IMG/VR virus record: IMGVR_UViG_3300002026_002465
Span: 32,001 to 96,000 of that record
DNA from: a virus
Reading direction: 5' to 3' (one strand)
Length of the DNA stretch: 64,000 nt
Each line of letters starts with the position of its first letter. The stretch's first letter is position 1. The position numbers and the translations under genes are program-made. Positions 33,885 to 44,572 of this stretch are shown here, piece by piece. Below the pieces are notes generated by a model that saw only the letters and a program-made list of their open reading frames with translations, was not told the DNA's origin and searched no databases.

Positions 33885-35853
33885 ATCTGACATAACAAGC
33901 TCTTCTATTCCATATATTGAAGTTAAACTTGGAAATGACAAAGAAAAACCTCTATATAAAATAAGTACTAATCAATCAGAAACTGGTTATTATGATGGTG
34001 GAAACTTTATTGCAGATGGAACTGCCTTAATTCAAAGTGCAAATATTGATGGAGTTGTTCCTATGGGAAGACAAGGTAATATTACACTAATTGATATTTC
34101 AGGAACATGGACAAGTAGAATGGCTGATGTTGGAAAATCTTCATCATCTATGTTATCACCATCAGGTCCTAATATTTATATAAGTTTTGGATGGAGAGGA
34201 TTACAAGCAAATAAAGAATATTCAGGCGGTAAATCACATATTAATGAAATGGATGGATTTATTCAAGGAGTAAAATTTGACATTGGAGATGATGCTTCAG
34301 TTACAATAACAATAGATTTTGTTGCATATTCAGCAATAGCCTTTAATGATATAATTGCATGGGGATGGGATGATTTTATAAAGACGGCTCCTGATAAATT
34401 GTGGAAAGTTATGCAAAATATTACTGGTGCAACAACTGCTAATAGTGGTGGTAGTAGTGGTGGGCGTAGTGGACCTGGAGCAGCTGGTGGAAATGCTACA
34501 GGTTATGGTCCTAATATACCACAATCAAAAAATGCAAACTGTACTGCTGCAGATGTTATCAACTATGTCTTAGCAGTTCCAGATTGGGATTATCCAGTAA
34601 TAGGAAAACAACAACCTGATTTTGCATACTCAAAATCTTTAGCATCTAAAAAAATAATAGTTCAAGTAGGAACTAGGATGTCAGAATATGTTGCTGAAGG
34701 TTTAACTGGTAATAGTGATTTAACTTCTATAGAGTTTGGTGAATCACTAAGTAGTTGGTTACAAAAGATGTTAGAAAAAGTTGTTTTAAATGCAGATGGA
34801 CAAAAAAAAGCAGAAGAAAAGAAACTTGTTATAACACTAGAAAAACAAAATGATAAAGATGCGTATACATATAGTGGAAGAAATCCTAAATTTAAGGATT
34901 GGACACTTATTGTTTATGATTGGAAAGCAGTTGCTGATCAAGGAACAACTTCTGGAAGTGCTATATCAGACATAGCAAAATATAATCTAGAAGTAGAAAA
35001 TAGATATAAATATAATAATGGACCAATGTTATATTGGAAAAATGGAACTGATGAATATGCTTATTTAAAAAAGGCTGCAAAAGTTGTTGAAAAAACATAT
35101 GAATATGATGGTGCTGACATAGCAAAAGTTATTGTAGATAGAAAAAGAGTATTAAGTTGGTCTAGTAATTTATCATCTATGCCTCAATTATTTAGATTAT
35201 TTAAAGATGAATTTCGTGATAAATTAAATGAAGTAAAAAGTAATGAAAATTATGGTGATTTTTTAAAAATCATGCAAAAGTTTGATAATGCAACACAAGC
35301 TGAAGATTTTTTTAAAGGTAAAATGAGTGGACTTAATAGATTAGCAACATTTGGAGTTGGTGGTCCTAGTAAAAAAACTTCTGACGCTGCAGCTCAAGCA
35401 TTTGCAACAACAAAAAATATAGGGGATGCCGTGTCTAATATGGGTAATATTACACAAAGAACAGCAACAAATAGAGACCAAACATTTGCATCTATATTAG
35501 CAAATAATGTTTTTACAGTAGATGTTGAAGTAATTGGAGATCCAGATCTTGGTACTAGACTTCCTGGTGGTAATACAATTATATCAACTGACTTCCATTG
35601 GGCAGATCAAGGATATTTAACAAAAGTTTTTGGAAGTGATAAAGAGTTAATAAATATTGCAAAAGAATCATTAGTCAATATGTTTAGTAGACAGTGGATT
35701 CTCATGTCATCTAATCATTCTATATCAGATGGAAAATATACTACTAAATTACAATTAATAGGATATATACCATTAATAGATGCAAAAGAATATGCAGAAA
35801 ATAGAGCTGCAGAAAGAGCTGGCGGAGGTCTCGGCCGTGCTACAGAGATATAG
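33877..35853 (+). CDS. Baseplate hub (gp27/late control D-like)
   Basis: ISFGW, VEVIGDPDL, W..SNHSISDGKYTTKLQL; position before tape measure. Confidence 0.65.
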   Translation: MDESDITSSSIPYIEVKLGNDKEKPLYKISTNQSETGYYDGGNFIADGTALIQSANIDGVVPMGRQGNITLIDISGTWTSRMADVGKSSSSMLSPSGPNIYISFGWRGLQANKEYSGGKSHINEMDGFIQGVKFDIGDDASVTITIDFVAYSAIAFNDIIAWGWDDFIKTAPDKLWKVMQNITGATTANSGGSSGGRSGPGAAGGNATGYGPNIPQSKNANCTAADVINYVLAVPDWDYPVIGKQQPDFAYSKSLASKKIIVQVGTRMSEYVAEGLTGNSDLTSIEFGESLSSWLQKMLEKVVLNADGQKKAEEKKLVITLEKQNDKDAYTYSGRNPKFKDWTLIVYDWKAVADQGTTSGSAISDIAKYNLEVENRYKYNNGPMLYWKNGTDEYAYLKKAAKVVEKTYEYDGADIAKVIVDRKRVLSWSSNLSSMPQLFRLFKDEFRDKLNEVKSNENYGDFLKIMQKFDNATQAEDFFKGKMSGLNRLATFGVGGPSKKTSDAAAQAFATTKNIGDAVSNMGNITQRTATNRDQTFASILANNVFTVDVEVIGDPDLGTRLPGGNTIISTDFHWADQGYLTKVFGSDKELINIAKESLVNMFSRQWILMSSNHSISDGKYTTKLQLIGYIPLIDAKEYAENRAAERAGGGLGRATEI

Positions 35854-35862
35854 GAGTTTAAA

Positions 35863-38800
35863 ATGTTTGGAATAGACGTTGCAATCAATTTAGTATCAAA
35901 CACCACATCTTTTAGTAAAGGCCTTACAGATGCTGGTGCAGGTTCATTCAAATTTTTTGAATCTATGAACAAACAGTTGAGCACAATGAAAAAAGAATTT
36001 AAAATAAGTGAAGAACAAGTATCTAGTCTTTCAAATAAATTCATAAATATGATGCCAAAAAATCTTGATGCAAATTCAACAGCTTATAGAATTTTATTTT
36101 CACAAATTGCCAATGATGCTCAGCGTGCAACTAATGATATAAAAACTTCATTATCAGACATGTTTGGAACAGGGGCTGTAAAAGATAATAAATTTACAAA
36201 AGATTTTAAAGGTCTTGAAAATATATTAATATCCACAGATGAAAAAACACTCCATTCATTGGCAGCTTCTTTTAATTTACTTAAAGGTAATATTGATAAA
36301 ATGACTCATAAAGAGTTAAAGCAATTTGGTGATATGTTTGATGATCTTAAAGAACATCCAGAAAAAATAGAACAAATAACTAAAGGGGCAGGGAAACTGG
36401 CTAATGTACTAGATAAAAGAACAAATAAGAGTTTAAAAGAAATGGTATCTGGAGTTGGGAGGTTTGCCAAAAATGCATTAGAACTATATAGTATATTTGA
36501 AATATTTACTCAAATAATTGGAGTACAAAATGAATTAGCTCGTTCAACATGGAAGATGGGTTTAAGTCAAAACACAGTATTTAAAGATCTAAATGGTAAT
36601 GTGTTAAAAGTTAATAATGCTACAAAAGATGCAAATAAAAATGTAAGAAATACAACATCTTCATTGATGGATATAAATAGACAAGTTGCAGCAAGCACTC
36701 AATCATCGCTTAGTGAAGTATCTGCTACAATGAGAGGATTAATGGATATGAGGGTTGGAACTTTAAATGGTGATTTAGCTGGATTAACAGAAACATCTGT
36801 ACTAATGTCAAAAGCCTTAGGAATAAGTGGAGATGCCGCAAATAGATTTGTTAAAGATTTAAGTCTTATTGGTGGATTAGCAGAAGGTGAGATTAGAGAT
36901 GCAGCACAAGCAATATCTAATGTTCAACAACAGTTTGGATTAACAGAAGTAGAGGCTCAAGGTGTTGGTGATACGGTTGGTTATTTAATGCGAAGATTTA
37001 GAACTTTTGGTGGAAGTGTTAAAGATATAAAAGTTGTCACAAAAGAAGTTGCAAAAATGACTGCAGTATTTTCGTCAGTTGGTCTAGAAGCTAGTGAAGC
37101 AGGTTCAATGATTAAAAAAATGATGGATCCTGAAAATTTGTCACAATCTATTATGCTATGGAATCAAATGGGCATGTCAGCTTCTGAAGGTATGGCTATG
37201 ATGAATGGACAGGGTGGCAATATGGCTAACATGACAGAAAAAATGGTCGTAGCTGCAAAAAATCTCAAGGCTCAATATGGTGGAAATATATTTGCTTTAA
37301 AAGCAATGGCTGAAGCCTCAGGCATGACACTCGAATCAGTACAGGCATTATCACAGTATGATTCAAAAAAACTAAAAGATCAAAAAGATAGTCTTAAATT
37401 AGAACAAGCGGCAAACGCTGCAAGACAGGGTATGTTAGATCAATTAAATAGAATTAAAGACTCATTAATGGTAGTTCTCCAAGGAGCAATACTTCCATTT
37501 TTAAAACCAATAGGTGATTTATTAGAAACTATAGCAAGGGGTTTAAGTTGGATTAATGAATTAGCAGAAAGTCAAAATTTACTTGTGAAAGGTATTGGTA
37601 TGGCATTAAAAGGTGGCATATTAGTAGCATTGCTTATGGTGACAGGTGTTATACCTGGAATAATTAATGGTTTTGCCGCCATTGCAAGAGGAATACCAGT
37701 TATAGGTAAAAATATTGGTACTGCCGCATCTACATTAAAAGACCTTGGAAAATCTGCATGGGAAACTTCTGGTAAATTTATAGATGGATGGCGAGGAGCT
37801 GCAAAAAACGGTGAAGGTATATTTAGTCAAATAGGCGCAGCTTTTAAAAATGCATTTGGTAAAAAAGTAGAAGAACAATTACCAGATGCGGCAGCAAAAG
37901 GATTGGATAGTGCTAAAGATTCAGCAGCAGAAAAAGCTAAAGATGCTATTAAGAAAAATGCAGAAATAAATCCTGAACCTTTAGAAAAAGCTGGAAAAGC
38001 AATGAACAGTTTTCCTTCAGCAGGTCAAATATTAGCAATAGGCGGAGCAATACTAATGATCGCCGTAGGCATAGGTGCAATAGCTCTTGCAACTGCACAA
38101 CTAGCAAAGGCAATGAAGGATCTTAATCCAGAACAATTGAATGCCTTAATGGGTACAATGGGAATAATAATGGGTGGCATGGTATTAATAGTTCTTGCAT
38201 TCGCAGGAGCATTAGCAGTTTTAGGAGCAGCAGGTTATGTTGCTGCTGGACCAATATTAGCAATTGGTGGTGCTGTATTTTTAATGGCATTAGGTGTATC
38301 TTTAATAATATTATCATTAACTGAGCTTGTTAAAGCATTTGCAGGATTAGGTGAGAATGCTGGCATGGTTGCATCTGGAATAGTATCTATTATAGGTGCA
38401 GTAACTAGTTTAATGGTTGTAGCCAGTGGATTAGGTTTAGTTTTGATGGCAATGTCTGGAGCTCTTATTAGTGGAGCTTATGGAATGGCAATATTCTCTG
38501 CAGCATCATTGTTACTTGTTGGTTCTTTTTTATTATTAAGTGGTGTTGTTGGAATTGTTGAAAAAATTGGAAATACTTTCTTAAATATGGGTGCTGGTAT
38601 AGATCTTATTACAGGGAATATATCCTCTGCAACAAAAGGTTTGTTAGAATTTAAAAATGAATTAGGTGGTGGATGGAAAGGCATAGCAGATGGTATTGTT
38701 GCAGAGATAGGAAGAGTAAATGCTGAATTAGATAATATGCAAAATCTTTTATCTGGAGTTAATTTAAAGGCTGCAATTTCACAAGTTGTTAAAGTAGTTG

Positions 38801-38988
38801 GAGGGGATAAAACAGAAGCAAGTTCAAAACCAGTTGATTATACAAGTCAATTAGACATTGCCAACAAGCATTTAGGTGATATTAGTTCAAACACAGCAAC
38901 AACAAATACAAAACTAGATGGCGTAATAAATGCTATAAAAAGCACAAGATATAATGTGACATCAAAACTAGTAATGAATAATGCGTAA
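35863..38988 (+). CDS. Tail tape measure protein
   Basis: 1041 aa, Ala/Gly-rich helical with hydrophobic segments, in tail module. Confidence 0.85.
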   Translation: MFGIDVAINLVSNTTSFSKGLTDAGAGSFKFFESMNKQLSTMKKEFKISEEQVSSLSNKFINMMPKNLDANSTAYRILFSQIANDAQRATNDIKTSLSDMFGTGAVKDNKFTKDFKGLENILISTDEKTLHSLAASFNLLKGNIDKMTHKELKQFGDMFDDLKEHPEKIEQITKGAGKLANVLDKRTNKSLKEMVSGVGRFAKNALELYSIFEIFTQIIGVQNELARSTWKMGLSQNTVFKDLNGNVLKVNNATKDANKNVRNTTSSLMDINRQVAASTQSSLSEVSATMRGLMDMRVGTLNGDLAGLTETSVLMSKALGISGDAANRFVKDLSLIGGLAEGEIRDAAQAISNVQQQFGLTEVEAQGVGDTVGYLMRRFRTFGGSVKDIKVVTKEVAKMTAVFSSVGLEASEAGSMIKKMMDPENLSQSIMLWNQMGMSASEGMAMMNGQGGNMANMTEKMVVAAKNLKAQYGGNIFALKAMAEASGMTLESVQALSQYDSKKLKDQKDSLKLEQAANAARQGMLDQLNRIKDSLMVVLQGAILPFLKPIGDLLETIARGLSWINELAESQNLLVKGIGMALKGGILVALLMVTGVIPGIINGFAAIARGIPVIGKNIGTAASTLKDLGKSAWETSGKFIDGWRGAAKNGEGIFSQIGAAFKNAFGKKVEEQLPDAAAKGLDSAKDSAAEKAKDAIKKNAEINPEPLEKAGKAMNSFPSAGQILAIGGAILMIAVGIGAIALATAQLAKAMKDLNPEQLNALMGTMGIIMGGMVLIVLAFAGALAVLGAAGYVAAGPILAIGGAVFLMALGVSLIILSLTELVKAFAGLGENAGMVASGIVSIIGAVTSLMVVASGLGLVLMAMSGALISGAYGMAIFSAASLLLVGSFLLLSGVVGIVEKIGNTFLNMGAGIDLITGNISSATKGLLEFKNELGGGWKGIADGIVAEIGRVNAELDNMQNLLSGVNLKAAISQVVKVVGGDKTEASSKPVDYTSQLDIANKHLGDISSNTATTNTKLDGVINAIKSTRYNVTSKLVMNNA

Positions 38989-41900
38989 TGGAGAAATCAA
39001 TGTCAGATAATATTGAAGAGAAAAAACCTAGTGATATTGTAGGTACAAACAAAGAATATAAAAGAGTTGAATATACACTCCCTGAACAACATTCTTCAAA
39101 GGGTCTTGAACCTATTATTCCAGCATCAACTGGTAATAATAAAAATGGAAGAACAATTGGCTCTATGGGGTCTAGACAAGAAAAATCAATGTTTGATATC
39201 AATTCAATTGGAAAACAACCTCATAAATTATCTGATGATATAGTTACACCAGCATCTAGAATAGAAAAAGAAAATCCAATCATTGCAGAAAAAGAAAATA
39301 GATCTTTTAAAGATGATATTGTTATACCCCAACAATCAGATAGAGAAAAAAAATATAATGAATTACAACAAGATATAACTCGCCTTTCTATGAAAAGAGA
39401 TTTGAATGTTAAAACAGAACAACAATACGAAGCAAAAAAAGAAGACAAAGTAGATATAAAACAAAATCAAGTTAAAAAAACAGAATTATTTCTAGAAGAA
39501 AAAAAACATCGTGTTAAACAAGAAAGTGATATATTCAAGGATATGAATCATGATAGAAAATCATCCGTTGAAATAGAGCCTAGCAATAACACCTATGTTA
39601 AAAAAGAAAATGATACCCAAGTATTATCTGATCACTTAAATAAAAAAGAAATTGATGAAACAATCATTGGAAGTAATTTATCAAAATTAGAACAAGAAAT
39701 ATCTCCTAAAAGCAATGAAAAAAAGAGTGAAGTTCTTATTTCATCTAGTGATGATAGAAAAGAAAAAACAGAGAAAGCTTATGATCCTGCTATAACAGAA
39801 AAAAAGATTGACAAAAATATTGTTAATGTAGATACAGGAACGGAAAAGACAGAGATAAGAGAAAATATAATAAATAAAAATACTCCAAAACCTGATAATG
39901 AAGTCAGTGCATTCTCTAAAAATGAATCTAGAGATGATAAAGATGTTTATGAAACAACAGGTGATGTTAATTTTATTAATTTGCAGAATAATGAAAAGAC
40001 ATGGGAACACAATACAACAGATCTTTCTTCTCCTAAACAATCAGATCATGATCCAAAAAGATCAAATATAGATTTACCTAACAATAGAAATGATAAAACT
40101 GGTTTATTAGGCGATGAAGAATACACTCTTGATTATTATGCAACAAAACCAAAAAGTGCAATACAAGAACATAATATCAACTCAACTGATAATGTAAAAG
40201 AAAAATCATTTGGTGACTCAACACCAAATTTTCATAATTCGTCTGCAACTATAGATAGTATATCAAATTATTTAATAGATGATATTGATTTACAATCTTC
40301 ATTGGATAAAAGAGATGGAAGAGATATAAATAACTATACAGATTATTCTCCTGTTCCAGCGTCAAAGCCACAAACTATCATTACAAAAAAATCTGTAAAG
40401 CCAATTGTTAATCTTTCTTATTCAAATGTTTTAGATGAGTTTAATAATGCTTTATTAAATGGAGCAAAAGAAGGATATTCTGATGATAACACACCTAAAA
40501 ATCCTATAGCACCATCATCAGCACCTGGTAAAACTAAGTTTGATTCTAATAGTATTATTAATGGAGTAGTAAATTATGGTAATGAAGAAGATCATACAAA
40601 TAGTGGAATAACATTAAATGCTAGGCCTGTTAAAACACAAGATATAAAAAATAAAGTATTAGCTTCACCAAATAATGTTGATGATAGAATATCTGAAGAT
40701 AGATCAGATTTATCTAAAATTGCATTATCAGAAGATAAAATAAATTATGGTAATGAAGAAGATCATACAGTTAGAGGAATCATAGATACTGCAAGACCAT
40801 ATAAATCTGGTGATACCTTATTAAGTTTTGATAAAGATGGAAAAGAAGTAAAAACACAAATTGTACCTCAACCAAATAATGTTGATGATAGAATATCTGA
40901 AGATAGATCTAAACTTGATAAATATACACTAGAATCTGGAAAAATAGATATAAATAAAAAAATAGATTTCAACACTAGAACATTAGGGCCTGTTGGAAGA
41001 GAAAATAAAAACTCCAATGATTCAGGCGATATAATAGAGCCTATTGTAATAACTAAAACAGAAACAGAAGATGAATCCATTGCTTATAGACCTCAAAGAC
41101 AAGATGATTTTTGGCAAAAAATAAGAGGTATTAATACTGCTACACTTGCATCGTTCTTGAGACCAATTGGAAATATTAGAAAATTTGTAAATAATACACG
41201 TAAAGGTTCTGGCGATTTAGATTCAGTAGCATTAAACGCTTTAATGCCATTTACAAATGAAATTCCAGATAATGTATTTGGTCGAAATATTGAAGGTTTT
41301 AAACAGATTTTTAATGGAAGCAAGGCTATAATACCATTAACGCCAGAAGTTTTTGGGCAAGAATTTACAGCCGGAAATTTGAAAGATGATTTAGTAAATT
41401 ATACTCGACACGCTATAATAAATGGATTTAGAGTTATAGCAAATAATATTGTTGACAACTTATGGATTCAAGGAGAAAACGAGCAGGGTGATAGAACACA
41501 AGCATTAAACGTTATTAAACAATCATCACCAGAAGCTGCTAAAATTATTGAAAAAAGCACTCCAACAGAACCTCCATATACAGGAGCATTAACAAAATCA
41601 AGTCAATCACAAGATGTTAGAGGACAAATAAATTCAGACATAGGCATTTTACAAGGTGGATACAGTAATGCAAGTATAAAAAACTCTATAGCAAATAAAT
41701 ATAAAGATTTTGAATCATATAGAGAAATGTTAAAGATTCAACTTGCAAGAAAAAGTTTTGCTTCTAAAATTAAAGGTGCATTCTCATCTGATGAAAACAA
41801 TAAAGATTTAATAAAAGAATATAATAGATCATCGCCTACTACTCCTCTAGAAATACAAAGACAAAAGATGATTGGCCAAATGATTGATTTTGAGTCTAGA

Positions 41901-44243
41901 ATATTTGAAAATGATGGAAAGACAAATGTTATGATGGGTCTTGAGTCTGCTGCTTCTAAAAATCAATTATTTAGCAGATCTACCTATTCTATTACAAACA
42001 ATTTATTTTCTTCTGATGATGATAAAAGTTTTAGTAAAACAATAAATTATGGTGATAATGATATCTATGAAGTTCATTTTAAACAATCACAAATAAAAGA
42101 CTATGGAATGAAAGTGTCTGATAGAAGTTTAAGACAAAACTTTAAAAATGTTTTTAAAAAAAGTGATAAATTTTCTATTTATGATGGAAGCGAAAAGGAT
42201 TTAAATTTTTCTAATTTAGATTTAACTGGAGAAAGTAAATTTAAAACATCTATAACTACTAATAATAATTATAGGGCTATAGATAATAAAACAATAGACT
42301 ATAAAGGTTTTTTATTAGAAGATGATAAAAAAGATCCTCATATTTTAAATGCTTATTCTCAAGGTAAAAGCAAAGATGAAATTATTATTACAGATAGAGG
42401 CACAAAAGAATTAGTCTATAAGAAACTACTAGAAGATTCTCCAGATGATACTTTGTTTTTTAATGATATGCCTTGGGCAACAAAAGGTGAACAAATAAAA
42501 AATAGAGAACTATCAAATAATAGTAAATTCTCTAGTATTAAATCTGAATCTGGTATGTTTAAAAGCACTGAAGATAATGAAACATATAATTTAAGTGGAT
42601 TGACACATGTTGAATATGAAACAAAAATAACAAAAATAACAAGTAATAATTCTATATATAATAAAGAAAAATATACTAATGATATTAGATCTGCAAAAGA
42701 CATATGGGCTAAATATGCTGAAAATTATAAACTAGAAAAATGGCAAACAGATAGTATAGACAGAAGTGTAGGTATATTTAAGTGGAATTTATCAACAGCA
42801 CAACAGTTACTACAAAAAGGCAATACAAATATATATTCTAGTTATAATTATAAAGATATTAATTTAAATAATACAAAATTATTATTTGATATCATAGGCA
42901 ATGCTTCTTTAAATAATATTGTTTCAGAAGAAAAAATAAAAAATTATTATAATTTAACTCTTCCATCAGATTATACTATTAAAGCAAATATAAATCCTCT
43001 CATAAAAGATGTTTTATTTGATAAAATACATGATGGAACAATAATTGATGATCAATTAAAATATATAAAAAATAAAAATATTTATAAAAACACAAAAAAT
43101 TATCAAGATACTATTGACAGTAATATAGAAAATGTTAATGATTTCAGATATCAAAAAAATATATTTGATAATATTGAAAAAAATATAGAAGTAAGACAAT
43201 CTATTCAAGAAGATGCTAATATTTCTGGTGCTGTTAATAGTTTAATTAGTAAACTAAGAACTAATCATATCTTATCTAACGAATCTGTGGTTCCACACAC
43301 AGATGGAAAACTTCCATTAAAAATAAAAGATTATCATAAAGAGCAAGAAAATTTTGAAAAAGAAATTTTTGTTAAAGATAGACATAACTTGGCTACAAAA
43401 GAAGGTAAAGATGCTTGGTGGAAAAAAAGTTTATTTAATAAATTAACCGGTGATAAAAGCGGTGCTGATAATCAAGATATTGGTTATTTAGTTATTACAA
43501 CAAACCCACAAGTAGGTATGACAAAAACACCTGTTTTAAGTGATATTCAACTTAAAGCTGATTTTAATGAATCAGATTCTCTACAAGACACAGTTTTATT
43601 TAGAATACCACTTCAATTTAATCCTGAAATAACAGGTGAATCTATTCAAGCAAATTGGTCAAATCATACTGGTTTTGGAAGAACAAGTGAATTTTATATT
43701 TGGAACAATACATCTTCTAGACAAATAAGTTTTAAAACAACATATCTAGCTCTAGATGGAACACCTTCTGCTGAATCTGCATATACAACTACTTCAACAG
43801 ATCAATATTCTGTAGAATCATTTAGAAGATTACCAGCTGAAAAAAAATTATCAAAAAATCCTGCAATGGTAAGAGACAATTCATCTTTTAGTGGGTGGAG
43901 TCCTATTTTCTTACATAGAACTATGGAAAAATATAGATCGCTTGTTTATCCTATTAATCTATCAGACCCAAATCTATCATCTCCACCTATTATTATTATT
44001 GATTTTAATGGTATGTTTAAAAGATTTACAAAACACTCCAAAGATTTTGATTCAAGATGGATATGTGAAAACGTATCTATTGACCCTCTTACTCAAATGG
44101 GATTTACCACTGAGAACTTTCCAATGGGATTTGAAGTTAATCTAACATTAAGAGAAATATTAAATGATTGGGGAGATTATCAAGATATAAAATCTAATTT
44201 TATGGATAATGTAAATAGATTTCATGGTTTAAGAAAATTCTAA
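38988..44243 (+). CDS. 1751-aa baseplate/tail-tube-initiator-like protein with huge N-terminal extension
   Basis: C-terminal RIPLQFNPEITGESIQANW..GR..IWNNTSSRQISF..PPII..WICENVSID..VNLTLRE pattern. Confidence 0.6.
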   Translation: MEKSMSDNIEEKKPSDIVGTNKEYKRVEYTLPEQHSSKGLEPIIPASTGNNKNGRTIGSMGSRQEKSMFDINSIGKQPHKLSDDIVTPASRIEKENPIIAEKENRSFKDDIVIPQQSDREKKYNELQQDITRLSMKRDLNVKTEQQYEAKKEDKVDIKQNQVKKTELFLEEKKHRVKQESDIFKDMNHDRKSSVEIEPSNNTYVKKENDTQVLSDHLNKKEIDETIIGSNLSKLEQEISPKSNEKKSEVLISSSDDRKEKTEKAYDPAITEKKIDKNIVNVDTGTEKTEIRENIINKNTPKPDNEVSAFSKNESRDDKDVYETTGDVNFINLQNNEKTWEHNTTDLSSPKQSDHDPKRSNIDLPNNRNDKTGLLGDEEYTLDYYATKPKSAIQEHNINSTDNVKEKSFGDSTPNFHNSSATIDSISNYLIDDIDLQSSLDKRDGRDINNYTDYSPVPASKPQTIITKKSVKPIVNLSYSNVLDEFNNALLNGAKEGYSDDNTPKNPIAPSSAPGKTKFDSNSIINGVVNYGNEEDHTNSGITLNARPVKTQDIKNKVLASPNNVDDRISEDRSDLSKIALSEDKINYGNEEDHTVRGIIDTARPYKSGDTLLSFDKDGKEVKTQIVPQPNNVDDRISEDRSKLDKYTLESGKIDINKKIDFNTRTLGPVGRENKNSNDSGDIIEPIVITKTETEDESIAYRPQRQDDFWQKIRGINTATLASFLRPIGNIRKFVNNTRKGSGDLDSVALNALMPFTNEIPDNVFGRNIEGFKQIFNGSKAIIPLTPEVFGQEFTAGNLKDDLVNYTRHAIINGFRVIANNIVDNLWIQGENEQGDRTQALNVIKQSSPEAAKIIEKSTPTEPPYTGALTKSSQSQDVRGQINSDIGILQGGYSNASIKNSIANKYKDFESYREMLKIQLARKSFASKIKGAFSSDENNKDLIKEYNRSSPTTPLEIQRQKMIGQMIDFESRIFENDGKTNVMMGLESAASKNQLFSRSTYSITNNLFSSDDDKSFSKTINYGDNDIYEVHFKQSQIKDYGMKVSDRSLRQNFKNVFKKSDKFSIYDGSEKDLNFSNLDLTGESKFKTSITTNNNYRAIDNKTIDYKGFLLEDDKKDPHILNAYSQGKSKDEIIITDRGTKELVYKKLLEDSPDDTLFFNDMPWATKGEQIKNRELSNNSKFSSIKSESGMFKSTEDNETYNLSGLTHVEYETKITKITSNNSIYNKEKYTNDIRSAKDIWAKYAENYKLEKWQTDSIDRSVGIFKWNLSTAQQLLQKGNTNIYSSYNYKDINLNNTKLLFDIIGNASLNNIVSEEKIKNYYNLTLPSDYTIKANINPLIKDVLFDKIHDGTIIDDQLKYIKNKNIYKNTKNYQDTIDSNIENVNDFRYQKNIFDNIEKNIEVRQSIQEDANISGAVNSLISKLRTNHILSNESVVPHTDGKLPLKIKDYHKEQENFEKEIFVKDRHNLATKEGKDAWWKKSLFNKLTGDKSGADNQDIGYLVITTNPQVGMTKTPVLSDIQLKADFNESDSLQDTVLFRIPLQFNPEITGESIQANWSNHTGFGRTSEFYIWNNTSSRQISFKTTYLALDGTPSAESAYTTTSTDQYSVESFRRLPAEKKLSKNPAMVRDNSSFSGWSPIFLHRTMEKYRSLVYPINLSDPNLSSPPIIIIDFNGMFKRFTKHSKDFDSRWICENVSIDPLTQMGFTTENFPMGFEVNLTLREILNDWGDYQDIKSNFMDNVNRFHGLRKF
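40571..40909 (+). repeat. Internal tandem duplication (INYGNEEDHT / PNNVDDRISEDRS x2)
   Basis: 28-bp identity 40571-40598 vs 40742-40769; 38-bp identity 40668-40705 vs 40872-40909. Confidence 0.85.
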
Positions 44244-44257
44244 CAAGGAGAAAGTAA

Positions 44258-44572
44258 GTGGAAGCAAAGAGACCATATTTTAATAAAAATAGTAGAATGA
44301 AACATTATGATATAATATTTGATAGTACCATTGAACAAAATAGAGTTGCGTTCTATAAATATTCAAATATTGCTTCAAGCACTAATGATCAAAAATATAC
44401 TGTCACAAAAGGTACACAACATAGATTAGATTTAATTAGTGTAAAATTTTATGGAACGGCAGCTTATGATTGGTTTATTGCTGAATATAATAATATAGAA
44501 GATCCTATAAGAGATATAAAACCTGGGTTAAAATTAATAATACCAGATAGAAGTCGTCTTGGGGGTGTTTAA
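44258..44572 (+). CDS. LysM-like baseplate wedge protein (gp53/tail X type)
   Basis: YTVTKGTQHRLDLISVKFYG...IAEYNNIEDP..IKPGLKLIIP. Confidence 0.85.
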   Translation: MEAKRPYFNKNSRMKHYDIIFDSTIEQNRVAFYKYSNIASSTNDQKYTVTKGTQHRLDLISVKFYGTAAYDWFIAEYNNIEDPIRDIKPGLKLIIPDRSRLGGV

